A DNA stretch of 64,000 nucleotides from Myxococcota bacterium (GTDB taxonomy: Bacteria; Myxococcota_A; UBA9042; PHBI01; JACKFB01): NCBI GenBank assembly GCA_051747385.1, contig JBNJGB010000023.1, forward strand, positions 16,720 to 80,719. The letters run 5' to 3'. Below the pieces are notes generated by a model. The model made no database searches, had not been told where the DNA came from, and worked only from the letters and a program-made list of their open reading frames with translations. Position 1 is the first letter of the stretch. Each line of letters opens with the position of its first letter. This document shows positions 1-7,972 of this stretch, piece by piece. Made by a program: the position numbers and the translations under genes.

Positions 1-1306
1 TGAGCCAGGCCTGCCGGAGCTGATTCGCGTCGGCGAGGATCACCGGCGGCCCGCCCTCCTCGGCCGGCCGGACGCCCTCGGTGATCAGCTCGACGCCCGC
101 CGCCCCCAGCTCCGGCTCCAGGAAGGCCAGCACCTGACGGAGCAGCGCCCCCACGTCCACCGGGGCCAGATCCGGCCGCGGCAGTCGCGCGTAGGTGAGG
201 TACTCCTCGGTGATCGACTTGAGCCGCTGGACCTCCTGGTGGATCTCCCCGAGCAGGGCGCGCGACTCCGCGCCGTCGTCCAGCTCCTCCAGCTCCTCCT
301 CGAGCATCTCGGCGTTCAGCCCGATGGACGACAGGGGGTTGCGGACCTCGTGGGTGATCTGCGCGGCCAGCTTACCGATGGTCGCGAGGCGGTCGGCTCG
401 GAGCAGCTCCTCGCGCTGGCGCGCCAGCTTCACGTCGCGCACCCGCAGGGCCTCCGCCATCGTGTTGAACTCCTGGGCGAGCTGGCCGATCTCGTCCCGG
501 GATCGCACCGCCACCCGCTCGTCGTAGTCCCCCGCGGCGATCCGCCGGGCGCCCTCCCTCAGCCTCCGGAGCGGCAGGACGGTCCGCTGGATGGCGAAGA
601 GCATCCCCAGGGACAGCAGCAGCGCGCCCGAGGTGATGACCAGCACGGCCAGGGTCGCCGCCTTCTGGTCGGCCGCCGCCCGCGCGTTCAGGTCCCGGAT
701 GGGCTGCGAGACGGCGCGCGACGCCTCGATCACCACCCGGTTGATGGTCCGCAGCGCCCGGACCATGGCGCGCGCCTCCGGCGCCCTCGCGGCGAGCGCC
801 CCCTCGTTGGCCAGGCGGACGGTCCGGCGCACGAGCCACTCGAACAGGGCCTCGGTCTCCATGTCCCCGGACAGATCGGTGAGCAGGCTCATCTCCCGCG
901 CGCCCACGGCCTCCGCGAGCGCGGTCCCCCGACGGAACGCCCGCAGCCGTTGGGCCACCTGCCCCAGGGCGGCGCGATCCTCCTGGGGGATGGCCTCCTC
1001 CCCCTCGAGGCGCTCGAGCCGCACCTCCACGGCCCGGAGCTGCGCGAAGGGCTGCAGGCTGGGCAGGAGCCGGGACAGCCACTGGGCGTCGCTGGGCCGG
1101 CGCAGGTCCAGGAACTCCTCGGGCGCCCGGAGCCTCCGCGACAGCTCCTTGAGCTGCGAGGAGATGGGCATGACCTCCTCCCAGATGAGGTTCACGGACT
1201 CCCGCAGCGTGGTCATGCGCCAGAGCGTGTAGACGTTCGAGGCGCCGAACGCGACGATCACGACCACGAAGCCGAGGAAGATCTTGGTGGAGACGGACAG
1301 CCTCAT
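1..1306 (-). CDS. sensor histidine kinase, C-terminus cut by the window edge (TM - HAMP - HisKA visible)
   Basis: Absent from the supplied track because it runs off the left edge. My minus-strand translation from ATG 1306 gives MRLSVSTKIFLGFVVVIVAFGASNVYTLWRM... It has a second TM (ATLAVLVITSGALLLSLGMLFAI), a HAMP-like segment (RRIAAGDYDERVAVRSRDEIGQLAQEFNTMAEAL) and an H-box (LAAQITHEVRNPLSSIG). The ATG overlaps the upstream stop (ATGA at 1303-1306). Confidence 0.85.
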   Translation of the reverse strand, partial: MRLSVSTKIFLGFVVVIVAFGASNVYTLWRMTTLRESVNLIWEEVMPISSQLKELSRRLRAPEEFLDLRRPSDAQWLSRLLPSLQPFAQLRAVEVRLERLEGEEAIPQEDRAALGQVAQRLRAFRRGTALAEAVGAREMSLLTDLSGDMETEALFEWLVRRTVRLANEGALAARAPEARAMVRALRTINRVVIEASRAVSQPIRDLNARAAADQKAATLAVLVITSGALLLSLGMLFAIQRTVLPLRRLREGARRIAAGDYDERVAVRSRDEIGQLAQEFNTMAEALRVRDVKLARQREELLRADRLATIGKLAAQITHEVRNPLSSIGLNAEMLEEELEELDDGAESRALLGEIHQEVQRLKSITEEYLTYARLPRPDLAPVDVGALLRQVLAFLEPELGAAGVELITEGVRPAEEGGPPVILADANQLRQAWL

Positions 1307-2814
1307 CGGCGCGCCTCCAGCCGGACGATGCGACGGCCCATCCCGGGCAGGTCGCGCGAGGCCACGGACCGCTCCTCGGCCACCGTCGCCAGCCAGGCGT
1401 CCAGCCCCGCCGTGCGGTCCGACGGCGCCACGATCACCACGGGCCCCGGGTTTCGAGCGAGATCGGCGAGGGCCTCGGGCGTGGCGAGGCGGACGGCGTC
1501 GGCGCGGCGCATCATGTCCACGGCCCGCTGAACCTCCCAGAACCGCCGGCTCCGCGTCCAGATGCGCGCCGGGTGATCCGCGTACCAGACCAGCGCCGGG
1601 TCGTAGGACTCCCACACGACGAGCCTCGTGTCCGCGGGGAGGTCCGCCAGCGGACCCTGGCCCAGCCGGCGCGAGGTCGCCGAATAGTCCGGGTCCGTCA
1701 GGTGGGGCACCAGCGGACCCGAGAGGAAGCCGAGGACGGCCAGCCCCCCCAGAGCGGCGGGCACCCAGGGGCGCTCCAGGGTCGACCGCGCGCCGGCCAC
1801 CGTCGCCACGGCCGCCAGCGGCGCGACGGGCATCAGGTAGTGGAACAGCCGCGTGGAGGCCAGGTGGAGCGCCAGGATCGTCACACCCGCCGTGGCGACC
1901 ACGACGCCCAGGGCGTGCGCGTCCTCCCGCCCCCGCCGCGCGATCGCCAGGGCAGTCGCGGCGAGCAGACCCGCCAGGAGCACCAGCGCCACGGCGCCGT
2001 CCAGCTCCCAGGCGGTCTGCAGGTAGTACAGCGGCCCGGCGTCCCCGACGAGGGCGCCCGCGGCCCGGGAGGCCACGTGATAGCCCAGGTAGACGTCCCA
2101 GAAGGCCGCCCCGTGGCGCGCGGTCATCAGGACGTGCCAGGGCGCCGCCACCAGGACCCCGACGCCGACGGCCACGGCCAGAGCCTTCCCGCGCCCCCGG
2201 AGGACCAGGGCGACGGCGGCGACCAGGACCGCCGGGCCGATGGCGACCTGCTTGGCGAGCAGGCCGAGGCCCCCGGCGAGGCCCAGCGCGGCGGCCTGGG
2301 AGAGCCAGCCGGTCAGGGCGGCCCGGTGACCGTGCCACGCCACGGCGAGCACGGCGGCGGTCAGGAGCGGATCGGTCAGGGGCCGCCGGGCGTTCATGGT
2401 GAAGATCACCGTGGCCACGGTCAGGGCCACCGCCACGGCCGGACCCACCGTCCGCCCGAGCGGGAGATCGGCCGGGATCGCGGCGCGCGTCAGCCGCAGC
2501 ACGTAGGCGAGGGAGATCACCCCGGCGAGGACCCCGGGCAGGCGCATGGCACCCTCGCTCCAAGCCAGGAGGCCGCCGGAGCCCCGCAGCAGCCAGAACA
2601 GCAGCGGCGGCTTCTCGAACAGCACGGTGCCCATCCAGACCGTCTCCGCCCAGCGCCCGGTGCGGGCCATCTCGCGCGCCATCTGGGCGTACAGGACGTC
2701 GTCGCTGTTCATGAGGCTGCCGGCGTCGAGGTTCACCCCGAGCGCGGCCGCGCCCAGCGCCAGCGCGAGCAGATCCACCCACCGGGCCGCGCCCCGGCCC
2801 AGGCGGTCACTCAC
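1303..2814 (-). CDS. GT-C fold glycosyltransferase, family 39/83 (ArnT / PMT_2-like) polytopic membrane protein
   Basis: 503-aa ORF that is almost entirely hydrophobic helices. The first loop, SLMNSDDVLYAQMAREMARTGRW...FEKPPLLFWL, resembles the ArnT/PMT_2 N-terminal signature with an acidic DD motif. GTG start 2814 overlaps the upstream gene end by 8 nt, and the stop overlaps the kinase ATG. Confidence 0.75.
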   Translation of the reverse strand: MSDRLGRGAARWVDLLALALGAAALGVNLDAGSLMNSDDVLYAQMAREMARTGRWAETVWMGTVLFEKPPLLFWLLRGSGGLLAWSEGAMRLPGVLAGVISLAYVLRLTRAAIPADLPLGRTVGPAVAVALTVATVIFTMNARRPLTDPLLTAAVLAVAWHGHRAALTGWLSQAAALGLAGGLGLLAKQVAIGPAVLVAAVALVLRGRGKALAVAVGVGVLVAAPWHVLMTARHGAAFWDVYLGYHVASRAAGALVGDAGPLYYLQTAWELDGAVALVLLAGLLAATALAIARRGREDAHALGVVVATAGVTILALHLASTRLFHYLMPVAPLAAVATVAGARSTLERPWVPAALGGLAVLGFLSGPLVPHLTDPDYSATSRRLGQGPLADLPADTRLVVWESYDPALVWYADHPARIWTRSRRFWEVQRAVDMMRRADAVRLATPEALADLARNPGPVVIVAPSDRTAGLDAWLATVAEERSVASRDLPGMGRRIVRLEARR

Positions 2815-5236
2815 AGCCGTCCAACCCGTCGATCCACTCCTCCACGAGGGCGATGGCCTCGTCGTGCCGCAGGCTGGTGGAGATGGGGGGCATCCGGAAG
2901 GGCGGATCCGCCAGGAGCCTCGCGTGGAGCACGCTGCGATCGGCTTCGCCGGGGGCGAGGATGCGGGCGTCGGAGATGCCCAGATCGCCCTGGCCCGGCG
3001 GCACGTCGCATGCGTTCATCTCGCCCAGGTCGAGGTGGTGGCGGAGATCCATGGGCGACCCGGCCGCGCCCCCGGGCAGGTGGCAGTTGGCGCAGTTGGC
3101 GTGCAGCCAGGCCCGGGCCCGATCGCCGGCCGGGGCGGAGTCGTCCTCCACGGGCGGGAAGCGGAGGAGATCCTCCGGGGGACCCGCCGGCGCGCCCTCG
3201 AGGAGATCCCGGGCCTCCAAGGCGTCGATCTGGTTCCACACGGCCCCGCCGCCGTAGTCGAACGCCCCGTTGATCTGTCCGGTCTCCAGGCCCAGGACGC
3301 CGCCGGTGGCCGCGGTATGGCAGGAGTTGCACTGCTGCCGGCTGGGGAAGCGCCACGTGTAGTCGGTCGTCTCCCCACCGGGCAGCGTGAGGGTCAGGTC
3401 CCGCTCGTCGGCGCCCTCGAGGAGGGTCGCCTCGGTGCCCTCCTCGTTCCAGCGGTACGTGTAACCCCGGACACCGTCCGCCTCCTTGACCAGGAAGCGA
3501 GTCTCCAGGCGGGTCCGGGTGGACGGATCGCCGGCGGTGGTGTCGATGGCGAAGTGCTTGATGAGCAGGGTCCCGTCCGGCACGCCCCACTTCCCGGGCG
3601 CGTCGTACGTCAACCGTTCGCCCTCCGGGAGCACGAGGAAGCGGTCCTTGCCGGCCGTGTCCGCCCACAGCGGGACGTGGACCGTGAACGGGAGGACGCC
3701 GTCGGCCGGGTCCAGGGCCTCCACGTCGTCGAAGCACCCCGTCTCGGACAGGGTCTGGGGGAAGTCCGGCGCGGACCCGCCGCCGTCCGTCTCCTGGAAG
3801 CGCCAGATGCGCCCGTCGAACAGGCCGAGGAGGTAGACCTCGCCGGCCGGGTCCTGCCCGAAGCCCGCGATGCGCCCGGGCGTCGACATCAGCGGCTGCT
3901 CGGGCGGCGGCTCCTCGCCGGAGTGCCAGGTGAACAGGACCTCGGTGACGTAGTCCGCGTAGACGTAGGCGCCGAACAGCGACGGGACCTTGCTGCCGCG
4001 ATAGACGTAGCCGCCCGTGATGGATTGACCCACGTCGTGGCCGTACTCCGCCACGGGAAGCTCGAACGGTGACTTGTCGCAGTCCTGGGGCCCGCCCGGC
4101 GGATAGCACGCGCTGCCCTCCATGACGTTCCAGCCGTAGTTGCCGCCGTTGTCGACGACGTTCAGCTCCTCGATGGCGTTCTGGCCGACGTCCGCGAGCC
4201 ACAGCGCGCCGGTGAGGGTGTCGAACGAGAAGCGCCAGGGGTTCCGGAGCCCCCACGCGAAGATCTCGTCCCGCTCGGGTCCGTCGGTGGCCGCGAAGGG
4301 GTTGTCGGCCGGGATGTCGTAGCCCTGGGCGTCGGGGACGTCGACGTCGATGCGCAGCAGGGAGCCGAGGAGCGTCGTGATGTCCTGGCCGGCGCCCAGG
4401 GGATCCCCTCCGCCCCCGCCGTCGCCCAGGCCGATGTACAGGTAGCCGTCCGGCCCGAAGGCGAGCTGGCCGCCGTTGTGGTTGTCGTAGGGCTGATCGA
4501 CGGTGAGCAGGACGTGCTCGCTCGCGGGATCCGCCTGGTCCGGGTCCTCCTGGGAGGCGGTGAAGCGCGAGACCACGGTGGTCGTCTGGCCGTCCGCCCG
4601 GGTCGTGTAGTTCACGAAGAAGTAGCCGTTTTCCGCGTAGTCCGGGTGGAACGCCACCGACAGGAGCCCGCCCTCGCCGCCCGTGTAGACCACGTCGCTC
4701 AGGTCCAGGAAGGTCCCCACCTCCGAGGCGTCCGGCTGGTTGCGGAAGACCCGGATCCGCCCGGGGCGCTCGTTCACGAAGAGGCGATCCGTCCCGTCGT
4801 CCGCCCAGGTGAGCCCGAGGGGCTGCTGGATGGCGCCCTCGGGCAGGTCGGGGAAGGCCTCCACGAGCTCCAGGTCGGGCGCGGGATCGTCCTCGGGCAG
4901 GGCACACGTCGCCGAGTACGTGAACGGCGGCAGCGGCACGTCCTGGTCCACGTCCGGACCGACGTCGGGCGCGACGTCCGGATCGATGGTCTCCGACACG
5001 TCCGTCACGTCCTCGGCAGTGTCCGGGAGCGCGTCCGTCGCGTCTGCCGGGAGGTCCGCCGGCTCTGCGGCGTCCTCGATGTCCGCCGCGTCTGCCGGGA
5101 GGTCCGCCGGCTCTGCGGCGTCCTCGATGTCCGCCGCGTCGAGCGCGTCGAGCGCGTCCGATTTGACCTCGCCGCCATCACCTCCGCCGCCGCAGGCCGC
5201 GAGGAGCAGAGCAAACGCGAGCGCATGCCGTCGCAT
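2807..5236 (-). CDS. lipoprotein: PQQ-dependent sugar (glucose/sorbosone) dehydrogenase beta-propeller fused to a C-terminal domain with two CxxCH haem-c motifs
   Basis: The track ORF is 2807..5383. I prefer ATG 5236, which has GGAGG about 7 nt upstream and gives MRRHALAFALLLAACGGGG (signal peptide plus lipobox). Family motifs: DQPYDNHNGGQLAFGPDGYLYIGLGDGG, FAWGLRNPWRFSFD, GGNYGWNVMEG. The C-terminal ~330 aa contain CNSCH and CANCH. Confidence 0.85.
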   Translation of the reverse strand: MRRHALAFALLLAACGGGGDGGEVKSDALDALDAADIEDAAEPADLPADAADIEDAAEPADLPADATDALPDTAEDVTDVSETIDPDVAPDVGPDVDQDVPLPPFTYSATCALPEDDPAPDLELVEAFPDLPEGAIQQPLGLTWADDGTDRLFVNERPGRIRVFRNQPDASEVGTFLDLSDVVYTGGEGGLLSVAFHPDYAENGYFFVNYTTRADGQTTTVVSRFTASQEDPDQADPASEHVLLTVDQPYDNHNGGQLAFGPDGYLYIGLGDGGGGGDPLGAGQDITTLLGSLLRIDVDVPDAQGYDIPADNPFAATDGPERDEIFAWGLRNPWRFSFDTLTGALWLADVGQNAIEELNVVDNGGNYGWNVMEGSACYPPGGPQDCDKSPFELPVAEYGHDVGQSITGGYVYRGSKVPSLFGAYVYADYVTEVLFTWHSGEEPPPEQPLMSTPGRIAGFGQDPAGEVYLLGLFDGRIWRFQETDGGGSAPDFPQTLSETGCFDDVEALDPADGVLPFTVHVPLWADTAGKDRFLVLPEGERLTYDAPGKWGVPDGTLLIKHFAIDTTAGDPSTRTRLETRFLVKEADGVRGYTYRWNEEGTEATLLEGADERDLTLTLPGGETTDYTWRFPSRQQCNSCHTAATGGVLGLETGQINGAFDYGGGAVWNQIDALEARDLLEGAPAGPPEDLLRFPPVEDDSAPAGDRARAWLHANCANCHLPGGAAGSPMDLRHHLDLGEMNACDVPPGQGDLGISDARILAPGEADRSVLHARLLADPPFRMPPISTSLRHDEAIALVEEWIDGLDGCE
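5042..5137 (-). repeat. perfect 48-bp x2 in-frame tandem duplication inside the dehydrogenase linker
   Basis: gtctgccgggaggtccgccggctctgcggcgtcctcgatgtccgccgc occurs at 5042-5089 and again, identically, at 5090-5137. This duplicates 16 aa (ADAADIEDAAEPADLP). It is followed by a 9-bp x2 repeat, gtcgagcgc, at 5138-5155. Confidence 0.9.
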
Positions 5237-5382
5237 CGGGGGCCTCCTGTGCACCATGGAGTCGAGTATAGCGGACGAGGCGGTCCCGGATACGCGCTGC
5301 CTCGGGAGTGGCGGAGGGGACGCCCGCCGTCCCAGGCGACGCGACCGGTGCGTGGGACGGCGATCAGACTGCATCTGCCCCA

Positions 5383-5434
5383 CACTTTCCGCGCCTTTGC
5401 GGCTTCGCGCCTTCGCGCGAGCCCTCTCGAGCTG
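5383..5434 (+). repeat. copy 1 of a short dispersed hairpin repeat (core GCCTT[TC]GCGCGAGCC)
   Basis: ctgcatctgccccacactttccgcgcctttgcGGCTTCGCGCcttcGCGCGAGCC. The stem is 5411-5420 / 5425-5433 with one bulge. Related copies lie at 47764-47810 and 56801-56843. Confidence 0.6.
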
Positions 5435-5462
5435 CGGCGAAGTGAATGGTCCGGATACGACG

Positions 5463-5492
5463 ACGCCCGCGCCGGAGGACCGACGCGGGCGT
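5463..5492 (-). terminator. GC-rich hairpin downstream of the PPIase gene (possible terminator, no clear U-tract)
   Basis: ACGCCCGCG (5463-5471) and CGCGGGCGT (5484-5492) form a perfect 9-bp inverted repeat with a 12-nt loop, 26 nt beyond the stop at 5518. Confidence 0.35.
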
Positions 5493-5517
5493 CCACGGGT
5501 GGTACCGACTACGCGGC

Positions 5518-6705
5518 TCAGTGCGCGTGGTCGTGGCCCTCCTCCTCGCCGTGGTCGTGGCCCTCGCCGGCGGCCTCGGCGGAGGTGCCCTCGGGGAGGT
5601 TCTTCTCGACCTCGGCGTCCTTCTTCAGGTCCTCGAGGAGCTTGCGGCGCTCCTGGAAGAACTTCTTGTTCCGGAGGCTCTGTTCGATCTGCTCCTTCAC
5701 CTCGTCGAAGCTCTTCTTCCGCTCCTCGCGCTTATCCGTGACCTTGATGACGTGATAGCCGAAGCGGGTGCGAACCGGACCGGAGGTGTCTCCGACCTTC
5801 ATCTTGAAGGCGGTCTCCTCGAACTGCTCGACCATCTGGCCCTTGCCGAAGAAACCCAGGTCGCCGCCCTTCGGGGCCGACGGGCCCTCGGAGTGCTCCT
5901 TGGCCACCTCGGCGAAGTCCTTGCCCTTCTTCAGCTCGGCCTGGACCTCCTTGATCTTGTTCATGGCCGTCTTCTCCTGCTCGGGGGTGGCCTTCTCGGG
6001 CACCTTGACCAGGACGTGACTCGCGCGGACGCCGGCCTTCTCCACGTAGAAGCGCTCGTTCTTCTCGTAGAACTCCCTGGCCTCCTCGTCGGTGACCTCC
6101 AGATCTCCGCGCTCCTCGATGAGCTTCTCTAGAGCCTTCTTCTCCCGGATGCGGCTCTTGATGGACTCCTCGGTCACCCGGCCGTGCTCGAGGTAGTTCT
6201 GGAACTGCTCCTCGGTCTGGAAGCGCTTCTTGTACTCCTCGAAGGCGGCCTTCACCTCGGGGTCCGGCACCTCGATGTCCGCCTCGTCCACGGCCTGCCG
6301 CACGAGCTCCTTCTCGATGAGGCGCTTGAGGATGTTCTGCTCGATGCGCTTCATCCGATCCGCCGGGATCTCCGCGCCGCGGGACGTGATCTTGTCGAGC
6401 TCCGTGTAGAACACCTCGGCGTCGATGGGCACGTCGTTGACCTTGGCGACGGGGCCCTCGATGCGCTCGCGCTTCCCGGCCGCGCCCTCCTCGGCCTTCT
6501 CCTCGTCGCCCTCGTCGGTCTCCGCGGGCTCGGCCTCTTCGGCCGCGCCTTCCTCTTCGGCCGCGCCCTCCTCGGCCGCCGCGCCCTCCTCGGTCTTCTC
6601 GGCGGTGGCCTCTTCGGCGGGCTCGGTGTCCTCGGCCTTCTTGCAGCCGGCCACGCCGGCGGTCAGCGCCACGGCGCAGATCGTCGGGATCAGATAGCGG
6701 ATCAT
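5518..6705 (-). CDS. parvulin-type peptidyl-prolyl isomerase lipoprotein (SurA/PrsA-like) with a His-rich C-terminal tail
   Basis: The track ORF is 5518..6747. I prefer ATG 6705, which has AGGAG upstream and gives MIRYLIPTICAVALTAGVAGC (lipobox). Rotamase motif: GGDLGFFGKGQMVEQFEETAFKMKVGDTSGPVRTRFGYHVIKV. Tail: GEGHDHGEEEGHDHAH. Confidence 0.85.
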   Translation of the reverse strand: MIRYLIPTICAVALTAGVAGCKKAEDTEPAEEATAEKTEEGAAAEEGAAEEEGAAEEAEPAETDEGDEEKAEEGAAGKRERIEGPVAKVNDVPIDAEVFYTELDKITSRGAEIPADRMKRIEQNILKRLIEKELVRQAVDEADIEVPDPEVKAAFEEYKKRFQTEEQFQNYLEHGRVTEESIKSRIREKKALEKLIEERGDLEVTDEEAREFYEKNERFYVEKAGVRASHVLVKVPEKATPEQEKTAMNKIKEVQAELKKGKDFAEVAKEHSEGPSAPKGGDLGFFGKGQMVEQFEETAFKMKVGDTSGPVRTRFGYHVIKVTDKREERKKSFDEVKEQIEQSLRNKKFFQERRKLLEDLKKDAEVEKNLPEGTSAEAAGEGHDHGEEEGHDHAH

Positions 6706-6838
6706 CTCTGCTCTCCTTTCGCGGGGCCTTCGCACGACACGTGGCACCGGCAGTCGTTCGGTGGCGCAATCTTAGTGGGCACCGGTGCGGTGTCAACGGC
6801 CCCGTGGGCTCTCCCCTAACCGGGGACCCGAGGCAACG

Positions 6839-7969
6839 TCAGAACCGGCCGTGCGATTCCCTCGAATCGAGGACGAGCAGATCGTTCCTGTGGACCACGG
6901 GATCCGCGGCGCTCCCGCCGAGGATGTCGCAGACCTCGTCGCTACGGCGCCCGGCGATGCGGCGCAGATCCTCCGCGTCGTACGCCACCAGGCCCCGCCC
7001 GATCTCGCCGCCGTCGGGTCCCACCACACGGACCGCGTCTCCGCGCCGGAAGTGTCCACGCACCCTCCGCACGCCGATGGACAGCAGGCTCGAGCCTTGA
7101 CGCTGCAAGGCCGCAGCGGCGCCGACGTCCACCTCCAGGGTGCCGCGGACCTTGCTGAGGAAGCCGATCCAATGGCGGCGCCTGGCCACGATCCGCGGAG
7201 GCGGCACGAACCGGGTACCGGTGGTCTCGCCGTCGAGGATGCGCCGGAGGATCCCGGGCTCCGAGCCCTTCGCCACGATCAGCGGGATGCCGGCGTTCAC
7301 CGCGAGATCGGCCGCCGCCACCTTGGCCCGCATGCCGCCGGTGCCCACCGCGGATCCGGCCGTCCCCGCCATGGCGCGGATCCGGGCGTCGATGCGCGGG
7401 ACCTCGTGGATCGGGCGGGTGTCCGCGTTCCGGCGGGGATCGGCATCGTACAGGGCGTCCACGTCGCTCAGCAGCACCACCAGATCCGCGTCCATCACGA
7501 TTCCCAGGGCCGCCGCCAGCCGGTCGTTGTCACCGAAGCGAAGCTCCTCGGTGGCCACGGAGTCGTTCTCGTTCACCACGGGGACCAGGCCCATGGTCAG
7601 GGCGGCCTCGAGGGTGTGGCGCACGTTCAGGAAGTGGCGGCGATCGCTCAGGTCCTCGTGGGTCATGAGGATCTGAGCGCACTTCACGCCGTGCCGTCCG
7701 AAGGCCGCGTTCCACCGGCCCATCAGCTCCGCCTGGCCCGCGGCGGCGAGGGCCTGGACGCGGGACAGATCAGCCGGGCGCCGGCTCACGCCCAGCCGGG
7801 ACATCCCCACCGCCACGGCGCCGCTCGAGACCACGGCCGTCGCCGCGCCCCCCTCGCGGAGGGCCTGGATCTCGTCTACGAGGCGCTCCAGGTCGGGCGT
7901 GACCACCGTCGTGCTCCCGACCTTCACCACGAGGCGCCGGACGACGCCCATGTCCTCACGACGGGTCAT
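6839..7969 (-). CDS. proB: glutamate 5-kinase
   Basis: RRLVVKVGSTTV at the N-terminus (amino-acid kinase fold). PUA-like C-terminus: ...RGDAVRVVGPDGGEIGRGLVAYDAEDLRRIAG. 376 aa. Confidence 0.9.
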   Translation of the reverse strand: MTRREDMGVVRRLVVKVGSTTVVTPDLERLVDEIQALREGGAATAVVSSGAVAVGMSRLGVSRRPADLSRVQALAAAGQAELMGRWNAAFGRHGVKCAQILMTHEDLSDRRHFLNVRHTLEAALTMGLVPVVNENDSVATEELRFGDNDRLAAALGIVMDADLVVLLSDVDALYDADPRRNADTRPIHEVPRIDARIRAMAGTAGSAVGTGGMRAKVAAADLAVNAGIPLIVAKGSEPGILRRILDGETTGTRFVPPPRIVARRRHWIGFLSKVRGTLEVDVGAAAALQRQGSSLLSIGVRRVRGHFRRGDAVRVVGPDGGEIGRGLVAYDAEDLRRIAGRRSDEVCDILGGSAADPVVHRNDLLVLDSRESHGRF

Positions 7970-7972
7970 CGT

